This document shows, in pieces, positions 19,515-28,642 of a stretch of 64,000 nucleotides of DNA. Numbering within the stretch: the stretch's first letter is position 1; the number at the start of each line of letters is the position of its first letter. The notes below the pieces were generated by a model that searched no databases, was not told the origin of the DNA, and worked only from the letters and a program-made list of their open reading frames with translations. The position numbers were made by a program, and so were the translations under genes. Source of the DNA: Hyphomicrobiales bacterium (GTDB lineage Bacteria; Pseudomonadota; Alphaproteobacteria; Rhizobiales; Methyloligellaceae); the NCBI GenBank assembly GCA_038326945.1, contig JBBQKN010000012.1, positions 8,111 to 72,110 on the forward strand, written 5' to 3'.

Positions 19515-22223
19515 ATGATGCGAAACGTGACTGATCAGAACCGAACGCCCCCGGAAACGCCGGAGGACAAGTCGCTCGCCCGGCGCTTTGAATGGCGCGT
19601 GCGCTTGAGCCGGCTCGCGCTGATCGGCGAGGGCGTCTGGGAAGCTCTGCTCTGGCCTTTCCTCGTGCTCGCGTCCTTCCTCATCCCGTCGCTGTTCGAT
19701 CTGTGGCGTTTTCTGCCGCCGCTCGTTCACCGCGGCCTGCTCATCGCCTTCGGCCTCGCGCTGCTCGCCTCGCTTCTGCCGCTTCTGCGCCTCCGCTTGC
19801 CGACGCGGGCCGAGGCGCTCCGCCGCCTGGAGCAGAACGCCGACATCAAGCACCGGCCGGCATCGTCCTATGAGGACCGGCTCGGCACCGCCCCGCGAGC
19901 CGAGACCACCATGCTCTGGGCCGCCCACCGCGAGCGGCTTGGCCGGCTCGTGTCGAAGCTGAAGCCGAGCTGGCCCGCACCGCGGACCGACCGCAAGGAC
20001 CCTTACGCCATCCGCTCAGCCCTGCTGCTTCTCCTCTTCGTCGGCGCGCTCGCGGCGGGGCCGAATGGATGGAACCGCATCATGTCAGCCTTCGCACCCG
20101 CGCCCCCGACGGCCACAGCGCTGCTTCGTCTCGACGCCTGGGTCACGCCGCCGGTCTATACCGGCATCGCTCCCATCGTGCTCGCCGACGGCAGCGAGCC
20201 CGTCGGCGCCGGGGCCGAGACATTCCGCGCCCTGTCCGTGCCGGAACGGAGCGAGCTCGTCGTCAGGGCCTATTCGCCGCGAGGCGAAAGCGTGAGCCTC
20301 GTTTCCCATCCCGACGATGGTTCCCAGCCGCAGGCCGCGACGCCCAAGACCAGCGGCAGTCAGGGGCTCATCGAGTTCAACCTGCCGCTGATGACCCCCG
20401 GCGCCGCCGATGTTGTCGTCGCCGGCAACGTTGTCGCCAAATGGCGATTCGAGCTGATCGCGGACGAAGCGCCCCATATCGCCCTGTTGGGCAACCCGAC
20501 CACGACGCCCCGCGCCGCCTTGCGCTTGAGCTACCGCGCCAGCGACGATCACGGCGTGGCGAGCGCCGAGGCAAAATTCGAGCTCATCGACGCTGCGGGG
20601 ACCGTGACGCCGCTGCCGGAACTCGACGGCGGCAAGCCGGAAGCCGACCCCTTGCGCGAGGCCCCCGTCATGCCGCTGCAATTGCCGCGCAGCAACGCCA
20701 AGCAGATCGAGGGCAATGCCTCCCAGGATCTGACCGCTCACCCCTGGGCCGGGCTCAAGGTCCACATGACGCTGGCCGCGCGCGACCAGGCCGGTCAGAC
20801 CGGGACTAGCGAAGGCTACGAATTCATTCTGCCCGAGCGCAAATTCACCAAGCCGCTGGCCAAGGCGGTGGTCGAGCAGCGCAAGAAGCTCGTGCGCGAG
20901 CGCGATTCAGTCGACGATGTGTCCCGCGCCCTCGACGCGCTGACGCTTGGCGGCGAGCGGGCGATCCAGGACAGCTCCATCTATCTTGGCCTGCGCGATG
21001 CCTATTGGCGGCTCAACACCGATCCCTCGCCGGCGAGCGTGGCGAGCGTGGTCGACCAATTGTGGGATCTGGCGCTTCGCATCGAAGATGGCGACCTGCC
21101 CGAGGCCGAGCGCGACGTGAAGTCGGCGCAGGAGCGGCTGATGCAGGCGCTGAAGGACAACGCCTCGCCCGACGAGATCCAGAGCCTGGTCGAGGAGCTG
21201 CGCGCGGCGCTTTCGCGCTATTTGCAGGCCCTGGCCGAGCAGGCGCAGCAGAAAGGCAATCTGCCCCAGCAAGAAAGCCAGGACGGCGACCAGCTCGTGT
21301 CCCAGCAGGACCTCGACAAGCTCCTCAACAATATCGAGGAACTGGCCAAGTCAGGGTCCAAGGATCTCGCCGAGCAGATGCTGAGCGAGCTGAAGGATAT
21401 TCTCGAGCGCATGCAGACCGGCACCTTCGCCGATGACGCCAAGCAGCAGCGCGCCACGAAGATGATGCAAGACCTGAACGAGCTGGTTCAGAATCAGCAG
21501 AAGCTGCTCGACGAGACCTTTGGCGCCGAGCGCGAGCAAGGCGACAGGGATGGCAATGAGTTCAAGGTGAGCCCGCCGGGCCAGCCGATGCAGTTTGGCA
21601 ACGGCATGTTCATGGAGCCATTCGGCATGCCCCAGGAGCAAAGCTCGAACACCGGTCAGAGCGCGCAAGGCAACGACGCCGGCCAAGGAAAATCGGGCGG
21701 CCAGGGCAAGCCCGGTCAAAGGCCCGGCCAGCAAGCCCGCGGTCAGCGCCCAAGCCAATTCGATCAGCTTGGACAGCGGCAAGGTGACTTGCGCGAGAAG
21801 CTACAAAGCCTGCTCGACCGCTTGCGGATCGACGGCGCGAGCCCGCCCAACCAGCTCGAGAAGGCCGGCGAGGCCATGGGGGAAGCCCAGGAGTCCATCG
21901 GACAGAAGAATCTTTCCCGCGCCACCGACGAACAGGGCCGCGCGCTCGACCAATTGCGCAAGGGCGCCGAGTCCATGGCGGAGCAGATGATGGATGGTGG
22001 TCAGGCCCAGGCGGGCCAGGGCAAGGGCAATAATGGGCGCGATCCGCTCGGCCGGCCCGACCGCAGCAACCGGCCCGACCTTGGTCTCAGCGTTCAGGTT
22101 CCCGACCAGATCGACATTCAGCGGGCGCGCCAGGTCCTGGACGAGCTCCGGCGCCGGCTCGGCGATCCGTCCCGGCCGACGATCGAACTCGACTATCTTG
22201 AGCGCCTGATCCAGTCCTATTAG
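19515..22223 (+). CDS. TIGR02302/DUF4175 family membrane-anchored coiled-coil protein
   Basis: N-terminal TM pair, LDAWVTPPVYTG, Q-rich coiled coil, and a DPLGRP..ELDYLERL C-terminus. Confidence 0.85.
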   Translation: MMRNVTDQNRTPPETPEDKSLARRFEWRVRLSRLALIGEGVWEALLWPFLVLASFLIPSLFDLWRFLPPLVHRGLLIAFGLALLASLLPLLRLRLPTRAEALRRLEQNADIKHRPASSYEDRLGTAPRAETTMLWAAHRERLGRLVSKLKPSWPAPRTDRKDPYAIRSALLLLLFVGALAAGPNGWNRIMSAFAPAPPTATALLRLDAWVTPPVYTGIAPIVLADGSEPVGAGAETFRALSVPERSELVVRAYSPRGESVSLVSHPDDGSQPQAATPKTSGSQGLIEFNLPLMTPGAADVVVAGNVVAKWRFELIADEAPHIALLGNPTTTPRAALRLSYRASDDHGVASAEAKFELIDAAGTVTPLPELDGGKPEADPLREAPVMPLQLPRSNAKQIEGNASQDLTAHPWAGLKVHMTLAARDQAGQTGTSEGYEFILPERKFTKPLAKAVVEQRKKLVRERDSVDDVSRALDALTLGGERAIQDSSIYLGLRDAYWRLNTDPSPASVASVVDQLWDLALRIEDGDLPEAERDVKSAQERLMQALKDNASPDEIQSLVEELRAALSRYLQALAEQAQQKGNLPQQESQDGDQLVSQQDLDKLLNNIEELAKSGSKDLAEQMLSELKDILERMQTGTFADDAKQQRATKMMQDLNELVQNQQKLLDETFGAEREQGDRDGNEFKVSPPGQPMQFGNGMFMEPFGMPQEQSSNTGQSAQGNDAGQGKSGGQGKPGQRPGQQARGQRPSQFDQLGQRQGDLREKLQSLLDRLRIDGASPPNQLEKAGEAMGEAQESIGQKNLSRATDEQGRALDQLRKGAESMAEQMMDGGQAQAGQGKGNNGRDPLGRPDRSNRPDLGLSVQVPDQIDIQRARQVLDELRRRLGDPSRPTIELDYLERLIQSY

Positions 22224-22765
22224 TCCGCCACCGCCATCTCGCCGATAAAAGGCAGTTCGCGGTAGCGATTGTGCAGATCCATGCCGTAGCCCACCACGAA
22301 CACCGGCGGGCAGACGAAGCCGCTGAAATCCGCCGCGATCTGCGCCTCGCGCGGCACCTGCTTGTCGACGAGGACGCAAGTAAGCACGCGCTTGGCGCCA
22401 CGCGCCGACATCAGCCCCTTGGCGAAGGCGAGCGTGCGACCCGAATCGAGAATGTCGTCGACGATGACGACGTTGCGATTGTCGAGATCGCTTTCCACGT
22501 CGCGCACCACTCTGACCTCGCCCGCGGATGTGGGCGCGCCGTCATAACTTGCGAGATAGATAAATTCGATCTCTGGGCTTAGTCCCTCGCGCTGGAGCGC
22601 CCGGACCAGATCGGCGGCGAAAACGAAGCTCCCCTTGAGCACGGCCACGATGATGGGGTCGTCAAGCCGTGCCGCGGCGATATCGCGGGCGAGTTCGCCC
22701 ACCCGCATAGCGATCGCCTCGGCACTGAACAGCGGTTTGATCGCGCTGTTCGGGGCCGACATCAT
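22220..22765 (-). CDS. hpt: Hypoxanthine phosphoribosyltransferase
   Basis: VLKGSFVF, PRPP motif IVDDILDSGRTL, and FVVGYGMD..YRELP. Confidence 0.92.
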   Translation of the reverse strand: MMSAPNSAIKPLFSAEAIAMRVGELARDIAAARLDDPIIVAVLKGSFVFAADLVRALQREGLSPEIEFIYLASYDGAPTSAGEVRVVRDVESDLDNRNVVIVDDILDSGRTLAFAKGLMSARGAKRVLTCVLVDKQVPREAQIAADFSGFVCPPVFVVGYGMDLHNRYRELPFIGEMAVAD

Positions 22766-22770
22766 GATCG

Positions 22771-23739
22771 TCAGTCTGCCTTGGCGAGGTAAACCTTGAC
22801 GCTACGGACTGTTTCCGGCGTGGAGCTGATCTGCGCGGTGAAGGGCACGCGTGCGCCGGGAGCGATCGGGGGCACCTTGGTGTTGAATTCCTGGAGCATT
22901 TTGCCATCTGGATCCTGTAAGGCGATCACCACGGTCGGAACCGTCAGCTGCTGCGAAGCGCGATTGGCGACATAGCCCGCGATCTCCAGCACCTGTTGCC
23001 CGCCGGCGACGCCCCAGCCAGAGGTGACATCGACAATGACCAGATCGTTCATGTTCACCGGGTTGCCCATCATCGCGTAGAGCCGGTTGGCTCCGGGCAG
23101 GACCGAGACCACGGCCTTCGGCACGAGCGCCACGATGGCCGCCAGCACGGCGAGCAGAAGCGCAAGGCCGCCCCAACCCATGGCGACCCGCGATGGAAGC
23201 TTAAGCCTACGACGCCCGGCGGCGCCGGAGGCATCCGCGCTCTCGGCTACGGGCTCGGTAGAGGCCTCGGCATTGAAGCTGCCGAAGTCCTGACCCGAAG
23301 CGTCGGAACTCGACCAGGAGCTGATGGTGCCCTGGCCATCGCCCCCCCCGACGTCAGGCTGAAAATCCTCGTCGCTGCCCAATGAGGCATCGGCGCCGGC
23401 CGCGGCGATCGGCCGGCCGCCAGGCAATGGCCCATTCGGCGACTTGGGTGGGAAAGCTGGGAACTGATCCTTTGCTCCCGAAGGCGCCCCCCGAGCGGGC
23501 CCCATCGGCGCGGGCCGAGGTGGCGTTGGTGCTGGGCGCGGCGCCTCGACTGGAGGTCGCGGTGAGGCCGCGACTGGAGGTCGCGGGGCGAGAACGGCAG
23601 GAGGCATCCCAGGCTCGACGACCGCCTTCGCCTGCCAAACATGAGCGCATTTGCTACAGCGGACGCGCCGCCCTTCGGGTGGGATAATTGCAGCGATCTC
23701 GTAGCGCGCGCCGCAAGCAGGACAGATAATGACCGTCAT
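22771..23739 (-). CDS. MJ0042-type zinc-ribbon / DUF3426-like membrane protein
   Basis: CPACGARY..VRCSKCAHVW zinc finger, Pro-rich linker, TM helix and a C-terminal beta domain. Confidence 0.8.
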   Translation of the reverse strand: MTVIICPACGARYEIAAIIPPEGRRVRCSKCAHVWQAKAVVEPGMPPAVLAPRPPVAASPRPPVEAPRPAPTPPRPAPMGPARGAPSGAKDQFPAFPPKSPNGPLPGGRPIAAAGADASLGSDEDFQPDVGGGDGQGTISSWSSSDASGQDFGSFNAEASTEPVAESADASGAAGRRRLKLPSRVAMGWGGLALLLAVLAAIVALVPKAVVSVLPGANRLYAMMGNPVNMNDLVIVDVTSGWGVAGGQQVLEIAGYVANRASQQLTVPTVVIALQDPDGKMLQEFNTKVPPIAPGARVPFTAQISSTPETVRSVKVYLAKAD

Positions 23740-23878
23740 CGTTCCAAAAACCTTCGCGGGCCTATCTCCGCATCCTACGAAGCGGCCCACGCCTTTGCCC
23801 TATTCCATTGATACCGGACAGCGAGTTCCGCATAAAGACGCAAGTTGAGCCGAATGTTAAGAGGGTCGAGGACTAAGC

Positions 23879-24535
23879 GTGATCCGCTTTGAAAATGTCG
23901 GCCTGCGCTACGGCACTGGTCCCGAGATCCTGCGCGACGTCACCTTCCACGTGATACCGGGGTCGTTTCACTTCCTTACCGGCCCCTCCGGAGCTGGCAA
24001 GACGTCGCTGTTGCGTCTCCTGTTCATGTCGATACGCCCGAGCCGGGGCTTGATCCATGTCTTCGGCGAGAACGCCTTGGAGCTCACGCCAGCTGGCAGG
24101 GCCGAGCTCAGACGGCGAATCGGCATCGTGTTTCAAGACTTCCGGCTGCTCGACCATCTGACCACGTGGGAAAATGTCGCTCTGCCGCTGCGGGTCATGG
24201 GCAAAAAGGAATCCGACTATCGCGAGGACGTGACTGATTTGTTGCGCTGGGTGGGATTGGGAGACCGCGTCGATGCCTATCCCGAGATTCTATCTGGCGG
24301 CGAGAAGCAGAGGGCGGCGATCGCCCGCGCCGTGATCGGCCGGCCGGAGCTGCTGCTGGCCGACGAGCCGACCGGCAATGTCGATCCGTTGATCGCCGAC
24401 CGCCTACTCAGGCTCTTCGTCGAGCTCAATCGCCTCGGCACGTCGGTGATCATCGCCACCCATGATTATGCCCTCATGGATCAGCTCGACGCCCCGCGTC
24501 TTGTGCTCTACGAAGGCCATCTGGACCTCAGATGA
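23879..24535 (+). CDS. ftsE: Cell division ATP-binding protein FtsE
   Basis: [26 protein letters not shown] and [10 protein letters not shown]; overlaps ftsX. Confidence 0.93.
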   Translation: MIRFENVGLRYGTGPEILRDVTFHVIPGSFHFLTGPSGAGKTSLLRLLFMSIRPSRGLIHVFGENALELTPAGRAELRRRIGIVFQDFRLLDHLTTWENVALPLRVMGKKESDYREDVTDLLRWVGLGDRVDAYPEILSGGEKQRAAIARAVIGRPELLLADEPTGNVDPLIADRLLRLFVELNRLGTSVIIATHDYALMDQLDAPRLVLYEGHLDLR

Positions 24536-25518
24536 TCAGCGCCCGGGCTTTCATCGACAATCTGCGTGCATACCCTTGGGCCAATCTCCTGGCCGGGCTC
24601 CTGCCCGCGCGCTTTCAGCCGAAGACGGCGCAGATCGTGCCCTCGGCCTCCATCGCCGGCAACGCCCTCACCGTGGTGATCGCCATCATGTCCTTCCTCG
24701 CCTGCCTCACCGCCGGCGCCGTCTACATGGTCAATCAATCCGCGCGCGCCTGGGTCAACGACATCGCGAGCGAGATCACCATCGAGCTCGATCCGGTCAA
24801 CACCGCCGACATCGAGAAGAAGATGACCTTGGTGTCCCTGTTCCTCGCCAAGCAATCGGGGATCACCAGAGTGAAGCCCTTGACCGCAGAGGATTCGGCC
24901 AAGCTGCTCGAACCCTGGCTCGGCCGCAGCGACGCACTCTCGGCCCTGCCGATCCCCCGCCTGATCGCGGTGGAGATCGACCGCTCCAATCCGCCGGACA
25001 TCAAGACCATCAGCGCGGCGCTGTCGCAGAATTTTGAAGGCGTGACTCTGGACGATCATCGCCGCTGGCGCGCCGAGATCAGGACCTTGACCCGGTCGGC
25101 GGCGCTTGGCGGCCTCGCCGTGCTTGGCCTCGTCGCCGCGGCGACGGTCGCGGTGATCGTGTCGGCCACCCGCAGCGCCATGGCCTCGAACCGCGAGATC
25201 ATCGAGGTGTTGCATTTCGTCGGCGCCAATGAGCGCTTCATCAGCCGCGAATTCGAGCGCCATTTCCTCGGGCTCGGCGTGCGCGCCGCACTTGTCGGCG
25301 CGATCAGCGCGATGCTCGTGTTCCTGCTGCTGCCGGTCATGATGCATTTGCTCGGCGGCGGCGGCACCTCGGTCACCGAGATGAGCCGGCTGGTAGGATC
25401 TGGCGAGCTTGACTTCCCCGGCTATCTGCTCTGCGTGCTCGTGGTCTTCGTCGTGGCGTCGCTCTGCGTGATCACCTCGCGCCTCGGTGTCATCCGGGTG
25501 CTCAAGTCCTACGCCTAA
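24532..25518 (+). CDS. ftsX: Cell division permease FtsX
   Basis: Four-TM layout, LEPWLG..LPIPRLI and IIEVLHFVGA..FI. Confidence 0.9.
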   Translation: MISARAFIDNLRAYPWANLLAGLLPARFQPKTAQIVPSASIAGNALTVVIAIMSFLACLTAGAVYMVNQSARAWVNDIASEITIELDPVNTADIEKKMTLVSLFLAKQSGITRVKPLTAEDSAKLLEPWLGRSDALSALPIPRLIAVEIDRSNPPDIKTISAALSQNFEGVTLDDHRRWRAEIRTLTRSAALGGLAVLGLVAAATVAVIVSATRSAMASNREIIEVLHFVGANERFISREFERHFLGLGVRAALVGAISAMLVFLLLPVMMHLLGGGGTSVTEMSRLVGSGELDFPGYLLCVLVVFVVASLCVITSRLGVIRVLKSYA

Positions 25519-25559
25519 ACTCCCCGGAAGGCGGACGCCTTCGGTACTCCCAAGCTGAT

Positions 25560-25587
25560 TTGATATTGACTTAATTAAGCCTATTCT
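25560..25587 (+). promoter_or_regulatory. Possible sigma70-type promoter with an internal palindrome upstream of the YdcF gene
   Basis: TTGATA-N16-TATTCT in an AT-rich patch; CTTAATTAAG palindrome at 25570-25579. Confidence 0.35.
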
Positions 25588-25613
25588 TGCGGCCGCTTGG
25601 ACGGAGCACAAGA

Positions 25614-26300
25614 GTGACGGAAGAGGAGCCGAAATCGAGGGGCAGATTTCGCGGCTTCGCCGGCGGCGTGCGGCTCCTTTTCGACGCACTCCTGGGAGTG
25701 GTGGTCCTGCTCGTTATCGGGTTTTTCCTCTTTGTCGACACCATCGAGCGCGAACAGCGCGACCCGGCGCGCTCCGCCGACGGCATCGCCGTCTTGACCG
25801 GGGGCGTCGCTCGCATCGACGAAGCGATGAAGCTGTTATCGCGCCAAAAGGCAAAGCGCCTCCTGATCACCGGCGTCAATCGCACCACCACGACGGAAGA
25901 GCTGAAGCAGCTCTCTAGCCAAGGCGACCAGTATTTCTCCTGCTGCGTCGATATCGACCACGAGGCGCGCAACACCATCGACAATGCCACCGAAACGAGC
26001 CAGTGGGTGGCGCGGCAGCACTATGATTCGATCATCGTCGTGACCTCGAACTACCACATGCCCCGCGCGCTCGCGGAGCTGGCGCGCGTCATGCCCGACG
26101 TGACGCTGATCCCCTATTCGGTCGTGGATAATAACGCCCATCTCGACCGGTGGTGGACCTACCCCGGGACCACTAGGCTTCTTCTCGGCGAATACATCAA
26201 ATATCTGCTTGCGCTCGGTCGCCTCGGCGCCACCCATTTCGTCGGCAAGTTCTTCTTGGGCGGAACGGCGATCGCGGTGCAGGATGCCTCCGAACCGTGA
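25614..26300 (+). CDS. YdcF/DUF218 family protein
   Basis: TM helix, IAVLTGG..RI, ARNTIDNA and VTSNYHMPRA. Confidence 0.88.
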   Translation: MTEEEPKSRGRFRGFAGGVRLLFDALLGVVVLLVIGFFLFVDTIEREQRDPARSADGIAVLTGGVARIDEAMKLLSRQKAKRLLITGVNRTTTTEELKQLSSQGDQYFSCCVDIDHEARNTIDNATETSQWVARQHYDSIIVVTSNYHMPRALAELARVMPDVTLIPYSVVDNNAHLDRWWTYPGTTRLLLGEYIKYLLALGRLGATHFVGKFFLGGTAIAVQDASEP

Positions 26301-27052
26301 CGGACGGCCTGGCCATGGCGCGTTCGCTTCTGTTCAACGCCCTCTTCTATGTGACCACCACGCTGTTCTTGGTGCTTGGCTCGCCGCTCTTGTTGGCGCC
26401 GAGGCGCTGGGCCATGGCCACGCTCGACCTGCATGCGCGGGTCGAGCTTTTTCTCCTGCGCGTCATCGTCGGCACGAAACTCGAGGTCCGTGGGGCCGGA
26501 AAGCTGCCCAAGGGAGCCTGCCTCGTCGCTTCTAAACATCAATCCGCCTGGGAGACCTTTGCCCTCATTCCGCTCTTCCGTGACCCGGTCTATCTGATGA
26601 AGCGCGAGCTGTTCTGGATCCCGTTCCATGGCTGGTTCTCCCGCAAATTCGAGATGATTCCCGTCGACCGGGATAAGGGAGCGAGCGCGCTTCGCCGCAT
26701 GCTGCGCGAAGCGAAGAAGCGGGTGGAGGCGGGGCGTGAGATCATCATCTTTCCCGAAGGCACGCGCCGCGCGCCGGGCGACCCGCCCAGCTACAAGACC
26801 GGCGTGTTTCTGCTGTATGAGGCCCTTGACGTTCCTTGCGTGCCGGTCGCACTCAATTCAGGGCTGTTCTGGCCGCGGCGAAGCATCGCCCGCCGCCCAG
26901 GCACCATCGTCGTGGAAATCCTCGATCCGATTCCTCCAGGTCTGGGCAAGGCCGAGTTCCTATGCCGACTGGAAACAGCCATCGAAAGCGCCACCAGCCG
27001 CCTCGTAGACGCGTCAAGGGCGGAAATTCTTCCCCCGGGCAGCAGCGATTAA
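26297..27052 (+). CDS. plsC: 1-acyl-sn-glycerol-3-phosphate acyltransferase
   Basis: KHQSAWET, FPEGTR and VPVALNSG. Confidence 0.88.
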   Translation: MTDGLAMARSLLFNALFYVTTTLFLVLGSPLLLAPRRWAMATLDLHARVELFLLRVIVGTKLEVRGAGKLPKGACLVASKHQSAWETFALIPLFRDPVYLMKRELFWIPFHGWFSRKFEMIPVDRDKGASALRRMLREAKKRVEAGREIIIFPEGTRRAPGDPPSYKTGVFLLYEALDVPCVPVALNSGLFWPRRSIARRPGTIVVEILDPIPPGLGKAEFLCRLETAIESATSRLVDASRAEILPPGSSD

Positions 27053-27064
27053 CCCTTCATTAAC
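27049..27064 (+). promoter_or_regulatory. CtrA binding box
   Basis: TTAA-CCCTTCA-TTAAC is an exact TTAA-N7-TTAAC match. Confidence 0.65.
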
Positions 27065-27083
27065 TCGATCCGAGCCAAGGTTC

Positions 27084-27100
27084 TGTTCTAGCTTTGTTCT
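27084..27100 (+). promoter_or_regulatory. Alphaproteobacterial LexA (SOS) box
   Basis: tGTTC-TAGCTTT-GTTCt is an exact GTTC-N7-GTTC match; an extra GTTC lies at 27080. Confidence 0.7.
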
Positions 27101-27186
27101 TGCGAATCGCCGCCACCCAGACTTGATTTTGTCATCGCGACGCCCATGTGACAGTCAGGTTCAAAGGTTAAGGCGGGAACGGGACC

Positions 27187-27600
27187 ATGTGGATGCACCA
27201 GTCAGATTTGACCAATGAAGCCCCGTGGGGGCCTCCGGACGAGCCCGCACTCATCTGCGCCGAGGCGACCTTCGCCCAGGCCTTCCATTATTGGCGCGGC
27301 GCTTCGAGCCGGCGCTACCTCCATAGCGTCTATACCCTGATCGGCTGCCCGGCGCTGCCTCGGGCCAACTACATCCTCGTCCGCCGCCACGACGACGGCA
27401 CGCGATCCCCCCTGATGTTCGGCCAGACCAAGGACGATGCCGTCACCTTGAATCTCGCCCATCTTCGCCATGAGGGCGCCAAGCTTGGGGCGAACGAGGT
27501 GCATATCCACCTCTTGGCCGAGACCCCCGAAGAACGGGGCAAGGTCGAGGCCGACCTGACAGAGGCGCATTTCCGCCACCGCGCCGCCAACGCGGCCTAG
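27187..27600 (+). CDS. Conserved-looking hypothetical protein, possible degenerate GIY-YIG fold
   Basis: WRGASSRRY..VY, ANYIL..LMFGQT, GANEVHIH and R..VEADL; upstream CtrA and LexA boxes support expression. Confidence 0.7.
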   Translation: MWMHQSDLTNEAPWGPPDEPALICAEATFAQAFHYWRGASSRRYLHSVYTLIGCPALPRANYILVRRHDDGTRSPLMFGQTKDDAVTLNLAHLRHEGAKLGANEVHIHLLAETPEERGKVEADLTEAHFRHRAANAA

Positions 27601-27670
27601 GGCCTTCTCCTTGTTTAGGCAGCTATTTTAGCCAAGCTCCCCGGTCTGGCGAACCCACGTCGGTCCCCCC

Positions 27671-27696
27671 GGAACTTGGCGACCTCCCCAATTGTT
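27671..27696 (+). promoter_or_regulatory. Possible general-stress (EcfG/RpoE2/SigT) promoter upstream of the cytochrome c gene
   Basis: GGAAC-N17-TGTT compared with the consensus GGAAC-N16/17-CGTT. Confidence 0.35.
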
Positions 27697-27784
27697 TATG
27701 GGCAAAGCCCGTCGCGTCAATGCGGAGCCGAAAACTGCCGCGGAAGCCGTCGGGATAAGTCATCGCCTCCTGGGAGGAGACCAC

Positions 27785-28447
27785 ATGCTGATCCGCACCC
27801 TGCCCATCCTCGTCCTTACGATGCTTGCGCTCGGCTGTTCGGACGCGGAGAAGTCCGAAGCTAACGCCGCCAAAGACTCGACGCCGGCGGCGAACCCGGG
27901 CGCGGTTCCAAACGCGGCGCCTGCTAAAACGGCCCAGGCTGACCAGCCCGCCGCCACGCCAACGCAAAGCGACGGCGATCGCCCGGCGCCAGCCGAGGCA
28001 AGTGAGGCAAAGGCTTCCGCTGAAGCATCCGCCGGCGCTGGCGGATCGCCGAAAGCCGTGGCTGAAACGGCCGCCAAGGGAGAGCTCAAAAGTCCCTATG
28101 CCGACTACGCCTCGGTCGCTGAGGAGGGCCATAAGAAATACATGTCCGCCGGCTGCAATGGCTGCCATGGCGGGGGTGGTGGTGGCGGTATGGGGCCGCC
28201 TTTGACCAACCCGGTGTGGGTCTACGGCAAGGATGACGACACCTTGTTCCGGCTGGTCGCGCTTGGCAGCGACGCTCTGCAGAAGCAGGGCTACGTCCGC
28301 AAAGGATCGGAGAATGTGGTCGGGCCAATGCCGCCAATGGGTGAGATCGTCAAGAGCGACGACGATCTGTGGAAGATCATCGCCTGGATCAGGTCGGTAA
28401 ACCCATCATCGGCGTCCGCAAGCCCCGGAACCGCACCGCCGCAATAG
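27785..28447 (+). CDS. Lipoprotein monoheme class I cytochrome c (cytochrome cL/c551i-like)
   Basis: Lipobox LALGC, Ala/Pro linker, CNGCH heme motif, GPPL..W.YG, PMPP and WKIIAWIRS; GGAGGAG RBS. Confidence 0.85.
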   Translation: MLIRTLPILVLTMLALGCSDAEKSEANAAKDSTPAANPGAVPNAAPAKTAQADQPAATPTQSDGDRPAPAEASEAKASAEASAGAGGSPKAVAETAAKGELKSPYADYASVAEEGHKKYMSAGCNGCHGGGGGGGMGPPLTNPVWVYGKDDDTLFRLVALGSDALQKQGYVRKGSENVVGPMPPMGEIVKSDDDLWKIIAWIRSVNPSSASASPGTAPPQ

Positions 28448-28642
28448 CCTCGATTATCAAGCGGCGCGGGGCCGCTTGCCGCGCGCACGCCGCGGCGCAT
28501 TCGCTTATCAGTGTGCGTTGTAGCGACGCTGCTCGCGCGGCCTTGCGTCGTGAGCGCGCGGGTCTATGCTCTTTCCGCGAAGCTGGAGTCGCCATCCTTA
28601 AAGTGGATGGCCTCCGCAAGGCCCGGAAGGCAGATCCGCAGC

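Noticed and set aside
23342-23349. C8 tract as a phase-variation site in the zinc-ribbon gene
   Set aside because: It encodes in-frame Gly codons in a low-complexity linker and the ORF is intact
28460-28478. RegR/PrrA box (GCGGC-N5-GCCGC) or FNR box upstream of cydA
   Set aside because: The match coincides with a simple GC hairpin after the cytochrome stop and is expected by chance at this GC content; no TTGAT-N4-ATCAA is present
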